From Schmidtea polychroa (lineage: Eukaryota), in NCBI GenBank assembly GCA_044892525.1, contig CM097885.1, positions 558,001 through 622,000 of the forward strand: a DNA stretch of 64,000 nucleotides, in the 5' to 3' direction. Shown here one piece after another: positions 48,906 through 63,245 of the stretch; the first letter of the stretch is position 1; each line of letters starts with the position of its first letter. A model generated the notes under the pieces. It was not told the origin of the DNA. It worked only from the letters and a program-made list of their open reading frames with translations, and ran no database searches. The translations under genes and the position numbers were made by a program.

Positions 48906-50200
48906 ATTCAACAACAAATCAACAACTTAGTACCAACAACCAGTAACTTACGAACATGTATTACCAACCAGATACCTACAACCAGTTACCTGATACCAAG
49001 TACCAACAACCAAAAACATGCAACCAACTAGGTACCAAGTACTAACAACTAACTACCAAGTACATACAACCAACAACAACCAGTTACTAATCATTATTAA
49101 CCACCTACTAAGTACCAACAACCAGTAACTTACGAACATGTATTACCAACCAGATACCTACAACTAGTTACTAACAACCAGTTACCTGATACCAAGTACT
49201 AACAACCCACAACAATTAGCTAACAACTAACTACCACCTACCAAGTACCTACAACCAACTACTAAGTACTAACAACCAAAAACAACCAACTAGGTACTAG
49301 ATACCAAGTACTTACAACAAACATCAACCAAGTACCTACTACCACCTACCAAGTACTTACAACTAGTTACTAACAACCAATTACTTGCTACCAAGTACTT
49401 ACAACTAGATACCACGTACTAACAACCGTCAACAACCAGGTACTAAGCCTTATCAACCTACAACTAGTTACTAACAACCAGTTACCTGATACCAAGTACT
49501 AACAATCAAAAACAACCAACCAACTAGGTACTAGATACCAAGTACATACAACCAACATCAACCAGGTACTAAGCATTAATTACCAACTACTAAGCACCTA
49601 CAACCTACAACTAGATACTAACAACCAGTTACCTGATACCAAATACTTACAACTAGATACCAAGTACTATCAACCAAAAATCACCAACCAACTAGGTACC
49701 AGATACCAAGTACCTACAACCAACTAGCTACCACCTACCAAGCACTCAACCGTCAACAACCAGTTACTAAGCATTATCAACCAACTAAATACTAAGTACT
49801 AATAACCAACCAGTTACCTGATACCAAGTACTTACAACTAGTTACTAACAACCAGATACCTACAACTAGTTACTAACAACTAGTTACCTGATAGCAACCA
49901 ACTAGGTACCAGATACCAAGTACTAACAACCGCCAACAACCAGATACCTACAACTAGTTACTAACAACCAGTTACCTGCTACTAAGTACCTACAACCAAC
50001 TAGCTACCACCTACCAAGTAACAACAACCACCTACCCATTAACTAGCTACTAAGTACTAACAACTAACTACCACCTACCAAGTACATACAACCAACATCA
50101 ACCAGGTACTAAGTATTATCAACCAGCTAACAACCAAGTAACTTACCTAGTACTAAGCACTGTCAACTAGATACCAAACACTTACAACCAGATGACCACA
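48905..50200 (+). repeat. Strand-asymmetric C/A-rich mosaic satellite
   Basis: Shuffled modules ACCAAGTAC, TAACAACC, ACAACTAGTTAC, AGTTACCTGAT; no ORF in the track. Confidence 0.85.
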
Positions 50201-50997
50201 TGAAATTATTGGTTAAATATGAAAATAAGGGTTATAATTAGTTGTTTAGTAAATTATGGTGTAAAATTAAGTAATAAAGGATAAATAGGCAAAATAAGGA
50301 TAAGTAAATTAAAGTTAAAAATTTTAAATAAGTAAATTAAGGTTCAAAATTTTAAATTAAAGGAAATAATGGTTTAAATTTTAAATTAAAGCTAAATGAG
50401 TAAATTAAAGTAATAATTTTTAAATAAGTAATGTAATAAGTAAATTAAACTAAGATTTTTAAATTTATTAACAAAAAATAGAAAGTGTTTGAGAATTGAA
50501 ATTTTTTAATGAAAATTTTTATGAAATATTTTTTAAGTTAATTTTTAATGGAAATTTTAATGGAATAATAATAATAATACTAATAATTCAACAGTTACCA
50601 ACAATCGGTTACTGATTATTTTTTAACTAGTTGCTAACAAATACTTACACCATGATACCACGTACTAACTAACTCTCAAACAACCAGATACTTACAACTA
50701 ACTACTAAATATTCTTTATTGTATTTTATGAAATGCTTTTTAAATTAATTTTTTATCTATCTTCAAAAATATATTTAATTACAATCATTAGAAAAACCTT
50801 TTCAAATTTCACAAAAATGTTGATTTTCATCAAAAAACCACAACTCATCACCACGTGGAATTCAAAATAATTTTAATTACAATGAAAGACTAATGAATTC
50901 TAATTTACAAAACATTCTTCTTTTAAATGATAACTTATTATTGCAATGTAAAAATCGCATTCAATAAATACTTATTGTTGATCAGTTTTATTATATA

Positions 50998-53900
50998 TAC
51001 TCTGAGTTTATCCGACAGGATGTTTTGACCCCCTAAGGGTACTGGTCGTAAGGGTACTGGTCGTAAGGGTATTAGTCGTAGGGGTATTGATCACTCTCAA
51101 TCCACACCTACTCATTAATTAGCTACCATGTACTAACCACTAGGTTTCAAACAACTAAATACTAAACACTTACAACCATGTACTAACAACCACCATCAAA
51201 ACCCATCGAGAAATTAACAAATATCAACCTACAACTAGATACTTACAACCAGATACCTGCTACCAAGTACTTACAACAAGATACCAAGTACCAACAATCA
51301 ACTAACCACACATAAAAATAATAGCAATTAAATACAAAATATTCTTCATCACATACAATATCTTCTTATCAAAATCTAAAAAAGTCAACCAATTACTTAC
51401 AACCAACAACTATGTACTAACAAATTGATCTTTAAAAGCAAATACTCATCACTTGAAAAAATTAGATGAAAAATTAATTGAACTCAAGGCACTTTTAAGA
51501 TATTTGAACTCAAGGCATCAATAACTTGGTAAAAATTGATTAAATTATTGTAAAAATTTAAATTATTCAAAATATACTAAATTAAAAAAATATAATTAAT
51601 GGACAAGAAAGAACTTTAAATTCTAGTCATTGATCATTCAAGTTAATATGAATCAACTAAGATAATAAATTAATAAGAATTTTGAAATAAGATCTAGTAG
51701 ATAATTGATTTAGATTGAATAAATTAATTTAAATAAAATTAAATTTAATTATTTTTTTAAAAGTAATACATGTACTCAAATTGATTGACTGATTTCTCAA
51801 TATATTCAAAAAATCAGTATAAATTCATTACAATTATCAAAGTCAGCAATCTACAATAAAAATAATTATCATTAAATTCCAAAAGAGACTAGATAACTAA
51901 TGATAACATCTAACAAACCAGTAAATTCATTTAAATGACAATAATTGGTATATCCAAGTGAATTCTCCAATAAAATCATCTAAAAAGAATCATTTTCCCC
52001 TAAATATATCAATATTTAAAGATTGGTATTTTAATGATAAGTACTTGTTAAAGATCATATATTCACCTCAAACTAACAAGATTCCTTAAAATCCCCTTAA
52101 ATGACTACATTTCTATCCTTAATTCATATTATTACAAATATCATCTAAAAAGCATCAAATTTCATTGAAATAACACTATCTTTAAAGATTGATATTTTAA
52201 AGATAAGTACTCATAAAAGACTATATATTCACCTCAAACTAACAAGATTCCTTAAAATCTCTTAAATGACTATATTTCTACCCTTAATCCATATTATTAC
52301 AAATATTTCACTAAAATCATCTAAAAAGCATCAAATTTCCCTGAAATAACTATCTTTAAAGATTAGTATTTTATCGATAAATATCCTTAAAAGGTTATAT
52401 ATTTACCTCAGACTAATAAGATTGCTTAAAATCCCCTTTAAATGACTTTAATTCCTATTATCACGAATATTATAAAACATGTAAAATAATTTGGTCATTA
52501 ACCCTAAATAATTGATAAAATCTAATGATAAAACCGGTTATAATTAACTTTTTGTTAATCACTGTACTCGAAATTTAAAATAAATATAACTGACTAGGTC
52601 CCATTAAAAGATTAAATTTATCCATTCAATAAAATATATTTCTTCAAATGGTCAACTTTTGTCGTTGTCCACCTAAATAAAGATAAAAATAATTTAAAGT
52701 TGATATCAATCCCATTTATCTGTAAAGTTTTCATCGTCAAAACCAAGTAAATCGACATTGTTCTAAAACATAAATCTAAATTAATATACAATGAATTAAT
52801 CACAATCTAATAAAACGATATAATTATTATTGATACATAACTGACTAATGTATTGACATTTCCCTTAAAACAATGATATTTTACCAACATCACCATTAAA
52901 AAAATCATATATTCCCATCTTAACCCATGTCTCATTAAATTTAACCGACTATATTCCCATCTTAACCCATTCCTCATTAAAGTCAATCGACTATATTTCC
53001 CTTACAATGATATATTCCCATCTTAACCCATGTCTCATTACATTTAACCGACTATATTCCCATCTTAACCCATTCCTCATTAAAGTCAATCGACTATATC
53101 TCCCTTACAATGATATATTCCCATCTTAACCCATCTCACATTAAATCTAACCGACTATATCCCCTTAAAAGATCATATTTTCCCCATCTTAACCGATCAC
53201 TCATTAAATCTCACCGACAATATCCCATCTTATCCGATCTCTCAGCAAATATTTCTACCCTTTTAAACATCTATCCGAATATATCCCTTATTTTCCCTAA
53301 AGATTTCACCCACTTGAGCCCTTTAATATATATCAATCCTCTTAAAATCCTCAGAGAACTTCAAAAATATGACTTTTAATTAATTGTTATAGAACCAGAC
53401 AAATAATAAGAGCCCACTAAAAGATCAAAATTCACTAAATTTCTACAAATATATACCATCAAATACTGGAGATGATATATATTGATTGATCATAATTCTT
53501 CATCGATTCAGCCAATCATTTTCAAGCGCTATCAGCAAACTAAATTTCAGTATATTCTACAATCATTTTCAAGTAAATTAAAATTCCTTGTTAAAGTTAA
53601 CTAGTTTCTTAGCTCATGTTTTTTAAAGTTCATCAATGAGTAAATATTCTTAGAAAATTATTGAAAAAATTATTTAGTGAAATATATTACAAACTTATCA
53701 TTAAAAATTTATTCTATCACTTGAAATTAATTTTTATTTAAAAACTATTCAATAAAATACCACAAATTATCAAGAAATTAATTAAATTTATCAATTAAAT
53801 TTATCACCATTAAAACTTTTAATCAGTCAACATGAAATTCTTAGAAAATTATTCAATATCCTCATAAAAATTTATCCTACCACTTGATTATTGTACAAAC

Positions 53901-54469
53901 TCTAATTATTAACCTCATTAAAAATTAAAAATACATCCAATTATCAAGAAATTAATTAAATTTATCTTAGAACTAACTTTGAATTATTAAATATTCATTC
54001 AATAATCATGAAATCCACAAAAATAATAGAAATTTACAAAAATCAAAGAAATTCACAAAAATGATAAAAATTCATGAAAATGATAGAAATTCACAAAAAC
54101 GATAAAAATTCATAAAAATTATAGCAATTCACAAAAATGATAGATATCCACAAAAATTACAGATAATCAAAAAAATTACGGAAAATAATAGAAATCCGCA
54201 AAAATAATAGAAATTCACAAAAAAACGATAAAAATTCACAATAAAAAAACGATAAAAATTCACAAAAAAGATAGAAATTTACTTGAATAAAACCATCAAC
54301 TCTAAAAATTATGAATACCTTAAACAACAAATTTGACTAAATAATCATTCAAATAAAAACATTAAATACCTTTACGACTAATACCCTTGCGACATGTTGA
54401 ATGTGAGTAGTACCCTTGTGAGCAATACCCATAGGGGGACAGAATATTGTGTCGGATAAACTCAGAGTA
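50998..54469. mobile_element. Non-coding TIR element (~3.5 kb), superfamily unassigned
   Basis: TACTCTGAGTTTATCCGACA and TGTCGGATAAACTCAGAGTA in TA-rich flanks; subterminal AAGGGTACTGGTCGT repeats; internal tandem arrays. Confidence 0.8.
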
Positions 54470-55558
54470 TATATTAATTAACTCATTCTTCATTGAATTA
54501 GTCAAATTATCATAAATTTCGATAAAAATTCTAAAGTGGTAAGCAATGTAAAGAGAAATATTCTTTAAACTTTGATAAAATTAACAATGAAGGAGGTAAG
54601 AATCTTCATTAAAGTGAGGAAATTACTCGATGATAAATTCAAATGGGTGAAAATAATTGGTAGAATAATTCATTAATGGAGGTAGATAATGAGAAGTAGT
54701 ATAGATAAGATGAAGGTTGATAAGAATGGATGTATTGCAACTATTTTCTAAAAATTAACACTTTAATAAAAAAAAACTTTTAAAACAAATATTTGTGGTG
54801 ATGTTTTAAGTGAATAAGTAATCAAAATCGGCGGAATATAAGTAGAAAATCGGGGTAGGGGTTATAGGCGAATAATTAATGGAAAATCGGGGGTAATATA
54901 GGGATTAAATAGTGGAGAATAATAGTGAATATAAGTGAGAAGGATATATAATTTAAACTATTTTATTACGTAAATATATTTAAACAATTTAGTTATTTAG
55001 GCATATTTAAACATTAATATTATTATATAGTATAATTTTATATAATTTTATATAATATTATAATTTTATATATTCTAAATTTAATAAATAAAATTAATTA
55101 ATTATAATTAATTAATAATTTAATAATAAAAAATTTATAATGAAGATTCTTTGAATTAAAAAATATTCTGTTAGTATTTCCAGGCAGAAAACAACGAATT
55201 CAATAATTAAAATCTTAATTTTCAAGTTATATATTTAGGGTTGTGGCCAGAAGTTAATCGCCATCTAATCATTTGTTTTCAATTTCGCTTATTTTTGTTC
55301 AAAACATTCAGGTGAGTTGTTATCTGAAAAGTTTCTTTGAGCTCAGTTTTGTTAAAACACTCACGGTATTTTTGAGGGACGTGACACTGGAAATAAATTA
55401 ACAATGAGTGGTCATCCATACATGTTGTTGGTCTGAGCTATCGATTTATTTTAGAAATAGGTATATTAAAAACATTTAAGGTATCATTCAGTAAAATAAT
55501 ATAGTATTTTTTAGTTAATTTATAAATAACAGTATTTTGATATATTAATAAAGACCAT

Positions 55559-55650
55559 ATACTCCGAGTTTATCCGACAAAATATTCTGTCCCCCTATGG
55601 GTATTGCTAGCAAGGGTACTGGTCACATTCAACATGTCGCAAGAGTATAT
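55559..55650 (+). mobile_element. Third terminus of the same TIR family
   Basis: Reverse complement of ~54385-54470. Confidence 0.8.
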
Positions 55651-55734
55651 TAATCAGTTAGAAATTCTTAGGTAATTTAGTGAGATGATCACAAATTCGT
55701 GAATATTTTAAATGTAACTTTACACTTATGTCAA

Positions 55735-56290
55735 GCGACTAATTTATTGGTTAACTTTGTAGTCATTTAAAGCAAAACTTAATTTATTCATCTAATGTTC
55801 GTTACAATAGTTAATAATATGAAAAAAATATGGTCATTATTCATTGATAATTTTAAATTCTTTATCATTTGGAGTAAATTTGTTTGAGGCAAAAATAATT
55901 AAAGGAGTCATAATAGAAATATGGTTAGAAATAGAAATAATTTTAGACCTTAATTTACTTAATTGAAATTTTAGACCTTAATTTACTTAAGTTTAAAAAT
56001 TTGGACCATAATTTACTGTAATTGAAAAATTTGGACCATAATTTACTGTAATTTAATTTTTTAGAACCATAATTTACTGTAATTGAAAAATTCGAGCGAC
56101 TAATTTATTGGTTAACTTTGCAGTCATTTAAAGCAAAACTTAATTTATTCATCTAATGTTCGTTACAATAGTTAATAATATGAGAAAAATATGGTCATTA
56201 TTCATTGATAATTTTAAATTCTTTATCATTTGGAGTAAATTTGTTTGAGGCAAAAATAATTAAAGGAGTCATAATAGAAATATGGTTATC
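55735..56290. repeat. ~195-bp direct repeat with ~360-bp period
   Basis: AGCGACTAATTTATTGG...GAAATATGGTTA occurs twice. Confidence 0.85.
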
Positions 56291-56779
56291 ATTTAACCAA
56301 TTAAGGGGCTTATTAGTTAGAAATATATATATTATAAAGTAACAATTATTTTCTAATTTAATTAGATGATCATTAGACGTAATATATCTTTGCGAGAAAT
56401 TTAAAATGTTTGAGTAACCAAAACATGGATATTTTGTGCGATAAATTTATGAATATTGGTTAATTTTGTTATTTTTAGTCATTTAAAATAATATTTAGCA
56501 AAGGTAATTTAGCAAAATATCGTTGTAAGATTTATCCACCCGATAACAATATTCCTTCAATAGATTAACTGATATTCAACCTATTTAATTTCTGGAAATA
56601 TAATTAAAATCATAAATTTCCTTCAATAAAGTTAAATCAAAAATGCAAGAGACGCTCAAGCAAATCAAGAATTAAAAAATAAACACATTGCAGAAACAGA
56701 ATTTATATAAAGTCAAACCCTGACTCCTACAACAGGTTCAAGTCTAAATAAAATTCAATAAAAAGCAATAACACTAGTT

Positions 56780-56955
56780 AGTAGGACTCCAACCCACTTT
56801 CAAGGTCATGAAGTATGTCCAGATCAAATATAGGTCAATTGAATCATTTATTTTTAAATTAACATTTTATTTATTTACTTCTTTTTAATTTTTTCTTTTG
56901 ATTTATATTAATTATTTATTTTATTTTGTTTTATTTTAATTACTTACGCTATTTA

Positions 56956-57000
<45 letters not shown>

Positions 57001-58662
57001 TATTTTATTTATTTCTTTATTTTTTCTTAAATTTTACATTTACATTATATTCTAACAAGAGAGTTAATTATAACAATAATATTTCAATTTGTATAAAATT
57101 TTAATTAGTAATTATTCAATTTGAATAAAATATTTATTAGAAATTATTTAATTTATTATAAAATAAAACGCTGTGTTAATTTTAAATAAACTGGATATTA
57201 ATTTTTTGGAAAAAATAAATAAATAAAATAGTCTAAAAGGTTAAATTATGGTCTAAAATTTCAAATTTAAAAATTGAAAATTGAAAATTGAAAATTAAAA
57301 ACTAAACTAATCAAACTAAATCAAACGCTATAGCCTTAATTCAAGAATTCACTAAAGTAGATCAGAAGATATTAATTATCAAAATGTAACAAAGACTCTG
57401 AAATTCATCAATTTCATCTAATGACCTGGTGATATTCAATACCATTCTCAAGAATGCTAAAGTCGGGAATTCTTTGAATTTAACAATTTCATCTAACTAT
57501 CCGGGGATATTCGATCCGATTCTATAAAGTATTTATCTTTGTAGTTGAATAAAAGTTTATTGTTGATTATAGTTTATCATTAAATATTTTTTTGTTAGGG
57601 GTGTTAAAGAAAATACTTGACTGATTCATTTTTCTCAGATAAAATTTGTTCTGTAATCGGGAAATTCAAGGATGAGAATAAAGGAAATCAATATAACGAA
57701 TGGGTGTTTCTTCGACCCAAGTGCTACTCACTCCAAGGCGATAAAAACACTCTAAAAGCCAAAGGAATAAGACTTACAAACTCTAATCTTACACATGAAG
57801 CCTATAAAAAAGTGTATACTGATGGTGGAACAGTGAGCATCCCACAAAAAAGAATAGGAAGTGTCAATCATCAGTTGTATACTTTCATGTCAGAAAAACG
57901 AGCTCTCCAATGTTTGGACGATAAAAGGTATTGGTACAATTGTAATGAAAGCTATGCCTACGGTCACTATAAGATTCGTCAAATGCATATTGCAACTGCT
58001 ATGTCTAGAAATGAATGCAAATCGAAACAAGGACTTTAACAATTAAATTTATGTGAATAATAAAATATATATTGTGAATTATTTGACTTCGTTAATTAAA
58101 ATATGTTTTATCATTTAATAATTCATTTGTCCAATTAATTTAGATAATTAGTTTTAAGTAAGAATTATTATTTATCATGAAAAACTTTGCTTTGTTTTGA
58201 AAAATTAATGCCCATTTTATTTTAAATTAACACAGCTTTATTTTATGATTATTACTAATTAAAATTTTATTCAAATTGAAATATTATTGTTACAATATAC
58301 ACTCTTGTTAGAATATATTAAATGTAAATGTAAAATAATAACAATAAAAAAAAAATAATAATAATAATAAATAAATAAAAATTAAATAAAAAAAAAATTA
58401 ATTAAATAACGTAAGTAATTAAAATAAAATATTAATAAATAATTAATTAATTAAATGTAATAAATTGAAAATTCACTAAAGTAATTAATTAAAACAAAAA
58501 ACATAATAAAATAATTAATTAATAAATTTAAAAAAAAAATTAAATAGAAGTAATTAAATAAATTTTAAAAAAAAATAAATAGAAATGATTCTATTGACCT
58601 ATATTTGATCTGGACATTGGGATGACCTTGAAAGTGTCCTGGAGTCCTCACTATATACTACT
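56780..58662 (+). mobile_element. Family-B remnant: diverged inverted terminal copy (~56780-57215), pPolB 3' end (57617-58039) and terminal repeat ending ACTACT
   Basis: RPKCY and DDKR motifs; terminus at 58662; contains an empty site for Polinton A. Confidence 0.8.
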
Positions 58663-59310
58663 AATTATAATCATAATTTTCTTTAATTTAAACCTTTATT
58701 TACTTAATTTAGCCCTTGTTTACCGAATATAGAAGTTTAAAATATAGACCATTGATTACTTTAATTTAAAAATGTATCCCTTAATTTACATAATTTCCAT
58801 CTAAAATTATTTCAAAAAAATTTTTTTTCTAAAATTGTCATTGAAAAATATTTCATAAAATTTTTCATTTAAAATTTTCATTGAAAAATATTTCATAAAA
58901 ATTTTTTTTAAAAATTATCTTAAAAATTATTCCATAAAAATTTCCATCTAAAATTACTTAAAAAATTATTTCATAAAAATTTTCATTAAAAAATTTCAAT
59001 TCTCAAACACCTTCTATTATTTTGTTAATAAATTTAAAATCTTACTTTAATTTGCTTATTACATTACTTATTTAAAAATTATTACTTTAATTTACTTATT
59101 TAAAATATTTGGACATTAATTAACTTTAATTTAATTTTTTAGAACCTTAATTTACTTTAATTTTAAATTTTGACCCTTAATTAACTTTAATTCAAAATTT
59201 GGACCTTAATTTACTTTAATTGAAAATTTTAGACCTTAATTGAAAATTTGAGACCATAATTTTCATGTAAAATTGTCATTGAAAAAATTTTCATTTCTCA
59301 GGCGCCGTTT

Positions 59311-60480
59311 AGTAGGTGGTTAGGAGCCCGCTTCAAATGCAAGCCTTTTTTTTTGCTGCAACATTTGATTGCGCAATTGTTGCAACTTGTTTTTTTTTCT
59401 ATTGAAAATTCTAGAAAAAAAAATAATCGTAGCTTACTGTACAGCAAAAAAAATGAGTTGCAACAATTGCGTAATCAAAATTTGCAGCAAAAAAAAAGTT
59501 GCCGCAGACCCCCTCTCCCCCCCCCTAAAATTTTCAATTAAGGTCTAAAATTTTCAATTAAGTAATTAAGGTCCAAATTTTTTTAATTACAGTAAATTAT
59601 GGTTCTAAAAAATTAAATTACAGTAAACTATGGTCCAAATTTTACAATTACAGTAAATTATGGTATATATTTTTAAACTTCAGTAAATGAAGGTCTAAAA
59701 TTTCAATTAAGTAAATTAAGGTCTAAAATTTTCAATTAAGTAAATTAAGGTCTAAAATTTTAAATTAAATTAAATTAGGTCTAAAATTTTCAGATAAGTA
59801 AATTATGGTCTAAAATTTAAAAGTAAAGTAAATTATGGTATATATTTTTAAACTTAAGTAAATTAAAGTCTAAATATCAATTAAGTAAAGTAAGGTAAAA
59901 AATTTTCAATTAAGGTCTTAAATTTTCAGTTAAAGTAAATTAAGGTCCAAATTTTGAATTAAAGTTAATTAAGGGTCAAAATTTAAAATTAAAGTAAATT
60001 AAGGTTCTAAAAAATTAAATTAAAGTTAATTAAGGTCCAAATTTTTAAATTAAGTAATCAATGGTCAAATATTTTAAATAAGTAAATTAAAGTAATAATT
60101 TTTAAATAAGTAATGTAATAAGCAAATTAAAGTAAGATTTTAAATTTATTAACAAAATAATAGAAGGTGTTTGAGAATTGAAATTTTTTAATGAAAATTT
60201 TTATGAAATAATTTTTTAAGTAATTTTAGATGGAAATTTTTATGGAATAATTTTTAAGATAATTTTTAATGAAAATTTTTATGAAATATTTTTCAATGAC
60301 AATTTTAGAAAAAAAATTTTTTTGAAATAATTTTAGATGGAAATTATTTAAATTAAGGGATACATTTTTAAATAAAAGTAATCAATGATCTATATTTTAA
60401 ACTTCTATATTCGGTAAACAAAGACTAAATCAAGTAAATAAAGGGTTAAATTAAAGAAAATTATGATTATAATTATAATT
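59311..60480 (+). repeat. Family-C-type left terminal region forming a large inverted repeat with 58663-59270
   Basis: AGTAGGTGGTTAGGAGCCCGC resembles rc of 42464-42482; 60320-60475 is rc of 58663-58820. Confidence 0.75.
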
Positions 60481-60639
60481 AGATTTAAAGAATAATAACC
60501 TTTTCATTTAACACTACAGTGTTAATTCTTACCATTTTAGAATAATATTTTTTATCAAAGTTCTTATCTTGATTTATTTTATTTTAATTGAAAGTAATGA
60601 CGAAATAGAGCGTGTTGTCTTCAATTTTAATGAATTAAT

Positions 60640-61400
60640 TTGAAAGATTATTTAGATAAATTTTTGTGTTTAAGGTATTCCTTAGTAATTTTTTTTCTAG
60701 AGTTGATGGTTTTTGTGAATTTTTATCATTTTCATGAATTTCATGTGGATAGAATGAATATTTAAAAATTTTAAGTTAGTTCTAAGATAAATTTAATTAA
60801 TTTCTTGATAATTGGATGCATTTTTATTGATTGGTTTTTTAATTTTAAATAAAAATTATTTTTAATGACAGTTAGGTTAATAATCACGTGATAGGATATG
60901 ACTTTGTAATAATATTTTTTTTCATATATTTTCTAAGAATTTCATGTAGATTTATTTAAAAATTTAAAGTTTTAATGACGATTTTAATTGAATTTCTTGA
61001 TCATTTGTTAAATTTTAAATAAAAATTAATTTTTTTTAATGACTGTTAGGTTAATAATTAAGTAATTGGTTTAATTTTAGATGACTTTGTAATGCATTTG
61101 ACTAAATAATTTTTTTCAATAATTTTCTAAGAATATTAACACATTGATGAACTTTTTTAAAAAAACATAAGCTAAGAAACCAGTTAACCTTATCAAGAAC
61201 TTTAAATTTACTTGATAATTTACAGAAATAATATACAAAATTTAATTTACAGAAATAATTTACAAAATAATAATACAGAAATTTATGATTAAGTTTGCTT
61301 TTATGAACAATCAATATATATCATCTCTAGTTAGGTATTTGATAGGTGAAATATTTGTAGTAAATAATAAGTTTATTATGTCTTTGTTACATAACTTGAC
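60640..61400 (-). mobile_element. Diverged internal fragment of the 50998-54469 TIR family
   Basis: rc similarity to ~53400-54355. Confidence 0.65.
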
Positions 61401-61580
61401 TTTAGCGTCAAAATGTGTTTTTAAAATAAATTTTAATTTTAAAATACCGCAATGTAATATATTAATTTTTTTCTAACCTTCCTTGATTTTGATTGGTTAG
61501 AATTTGTTCCTATAAACAATAATAATCTATAAACAATAATCAATCATTAGTCACATTTAACAAATAATTAACCTTTAAAA

Positions 61581-63245
61581 ATGAATTTTTTAATAGAAAA
61601 CGTTATGAATGTTCGAGAAAAAATTCAGGAATTTGGTAAAATTTAATTTATTTATTAATTTATTTATTAATTAATTTAGATAATATTAATGAAGACAATT
61701 TAAAATCGAAGATTAAAGGAAATTTGAAAAGAAAAAGTAAACATAATTTTTAATTTATTTATTTAATTAATTAATAATTTAGGTAATACGAATAAAGAGA
61801 AAAAATATGTCAATGTGTCAATAAATCGAAATGAAAATTTACAATGTAAGTATTGATTACTTTTTATAATTTAAAGGAAATTTAATATAATTTTTTATTT
61901 AAGTAAATGTTAATATTTTTAATTTAGTAAATTTTTAATTTTTAGTAAATAAAATTTGTAAAATAATAATAATTTGCAAATTTTTGCGTAAACATTTATT
62001 AAAATCTTTCATTTAAATAATATATTTTTATTAAATTTTTATTTTATAGGTATACTTTATCCAAATTATTGTTCATCGAAAAAACATGATAATAATTGTC
62101 ATTCTATAATGGAGAATTATTACACGAAAAAATATTATAATAAAACTTATTTTATATGTCCCGTATGTAAGACTAGTAACCCTGTAACATGTAGCGTTTT
62201 TTATAATAAACATAAAAATCATTTAGATAGGTTTAATTTTAAAAAAGATAGTGTTTTTAAAAGACCCTCAACTATAGAAAAAAATAATACAAATAAAAAA
62301 ATTAAATTAGATACTTCTTCTTTTGAATCCCAGGTCAGATTAGAGGTTGAATCCCAGGCTGGATTGTCTTTTGTTGAATTCCAGGTCGGATTGTCTTTTG
62401 TTGAATCCAATGATGGATTGGTTGTTGAATCCCAGGTCGGATTGCCTTTTGTTGAATCCCAGGTCGGATTGGTTGTTGAATCCAATGATGGATTATTCAC
62501 TTCCTTTGATTCTTGGAATGGATTAAATATAATACAAATAGGTGGAAATGTATCGACAATACAAAGAGATTTAAGAGGTACCCATCAAATATTAAGTTTA
62601 AATACTAGCGACTTAAATATAAAAGAAATAATATTTCCTGAACAACTAATAATAAAATTACGAGATATTATTAACGAATTAGGATCCGTCAAAATTCAAT
62701 TCGGAATAACAATCGAATTTGAAAAAGACGGGTAAATAAAGGTTAATAATATATCCAATTACGCAAAACCTTTAACTGCATCATTTTTTGATCAAGGCAT
62801 TAAGGAACTAAATGAGAAAATAACTAATATTACAAAGTTAGGAAGCAATTGGATTTTAAAAAATATAACAGAAATCCACTTCACTATAACAAAAATAAGT
62901 AGGTTAAGTAGATTAAGTGGTAGGAGTTTCATTGAAACACCTACTTATCTAAAAAATAAATATTGTTTAATTAATATAAAAAACACTGATGATTCATGTT
63001 TTTTATATAGCATTTTAGCTATTTTAAAATATGATGAAGTTAGTATTTATGCTAGAAATAGGACATCGAGTTATAATTTATCCGACTTAGTATATAACCC
63101 GTTAGAATTACCTATGAAATTAAAAGACATTAGGAAATTTGAATCTAAAAATTCGGGTTTAATAATTAATGTTTTTTCATATGATAATAGCAAACAATTA
63201 ACTGATAATTATGTATTAAAACATTCACATTTAGATATTATAAAT
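61581..63245 (+). pseudogene. Second copy of the family-C pPolB 5' region (predicted exons 61581-61635, 61680-61736, 61783-61845, 62050 onward)
   Basis: Same splice sites as the first copy; frame open to TAA at 62735. Confidence 0.8.
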
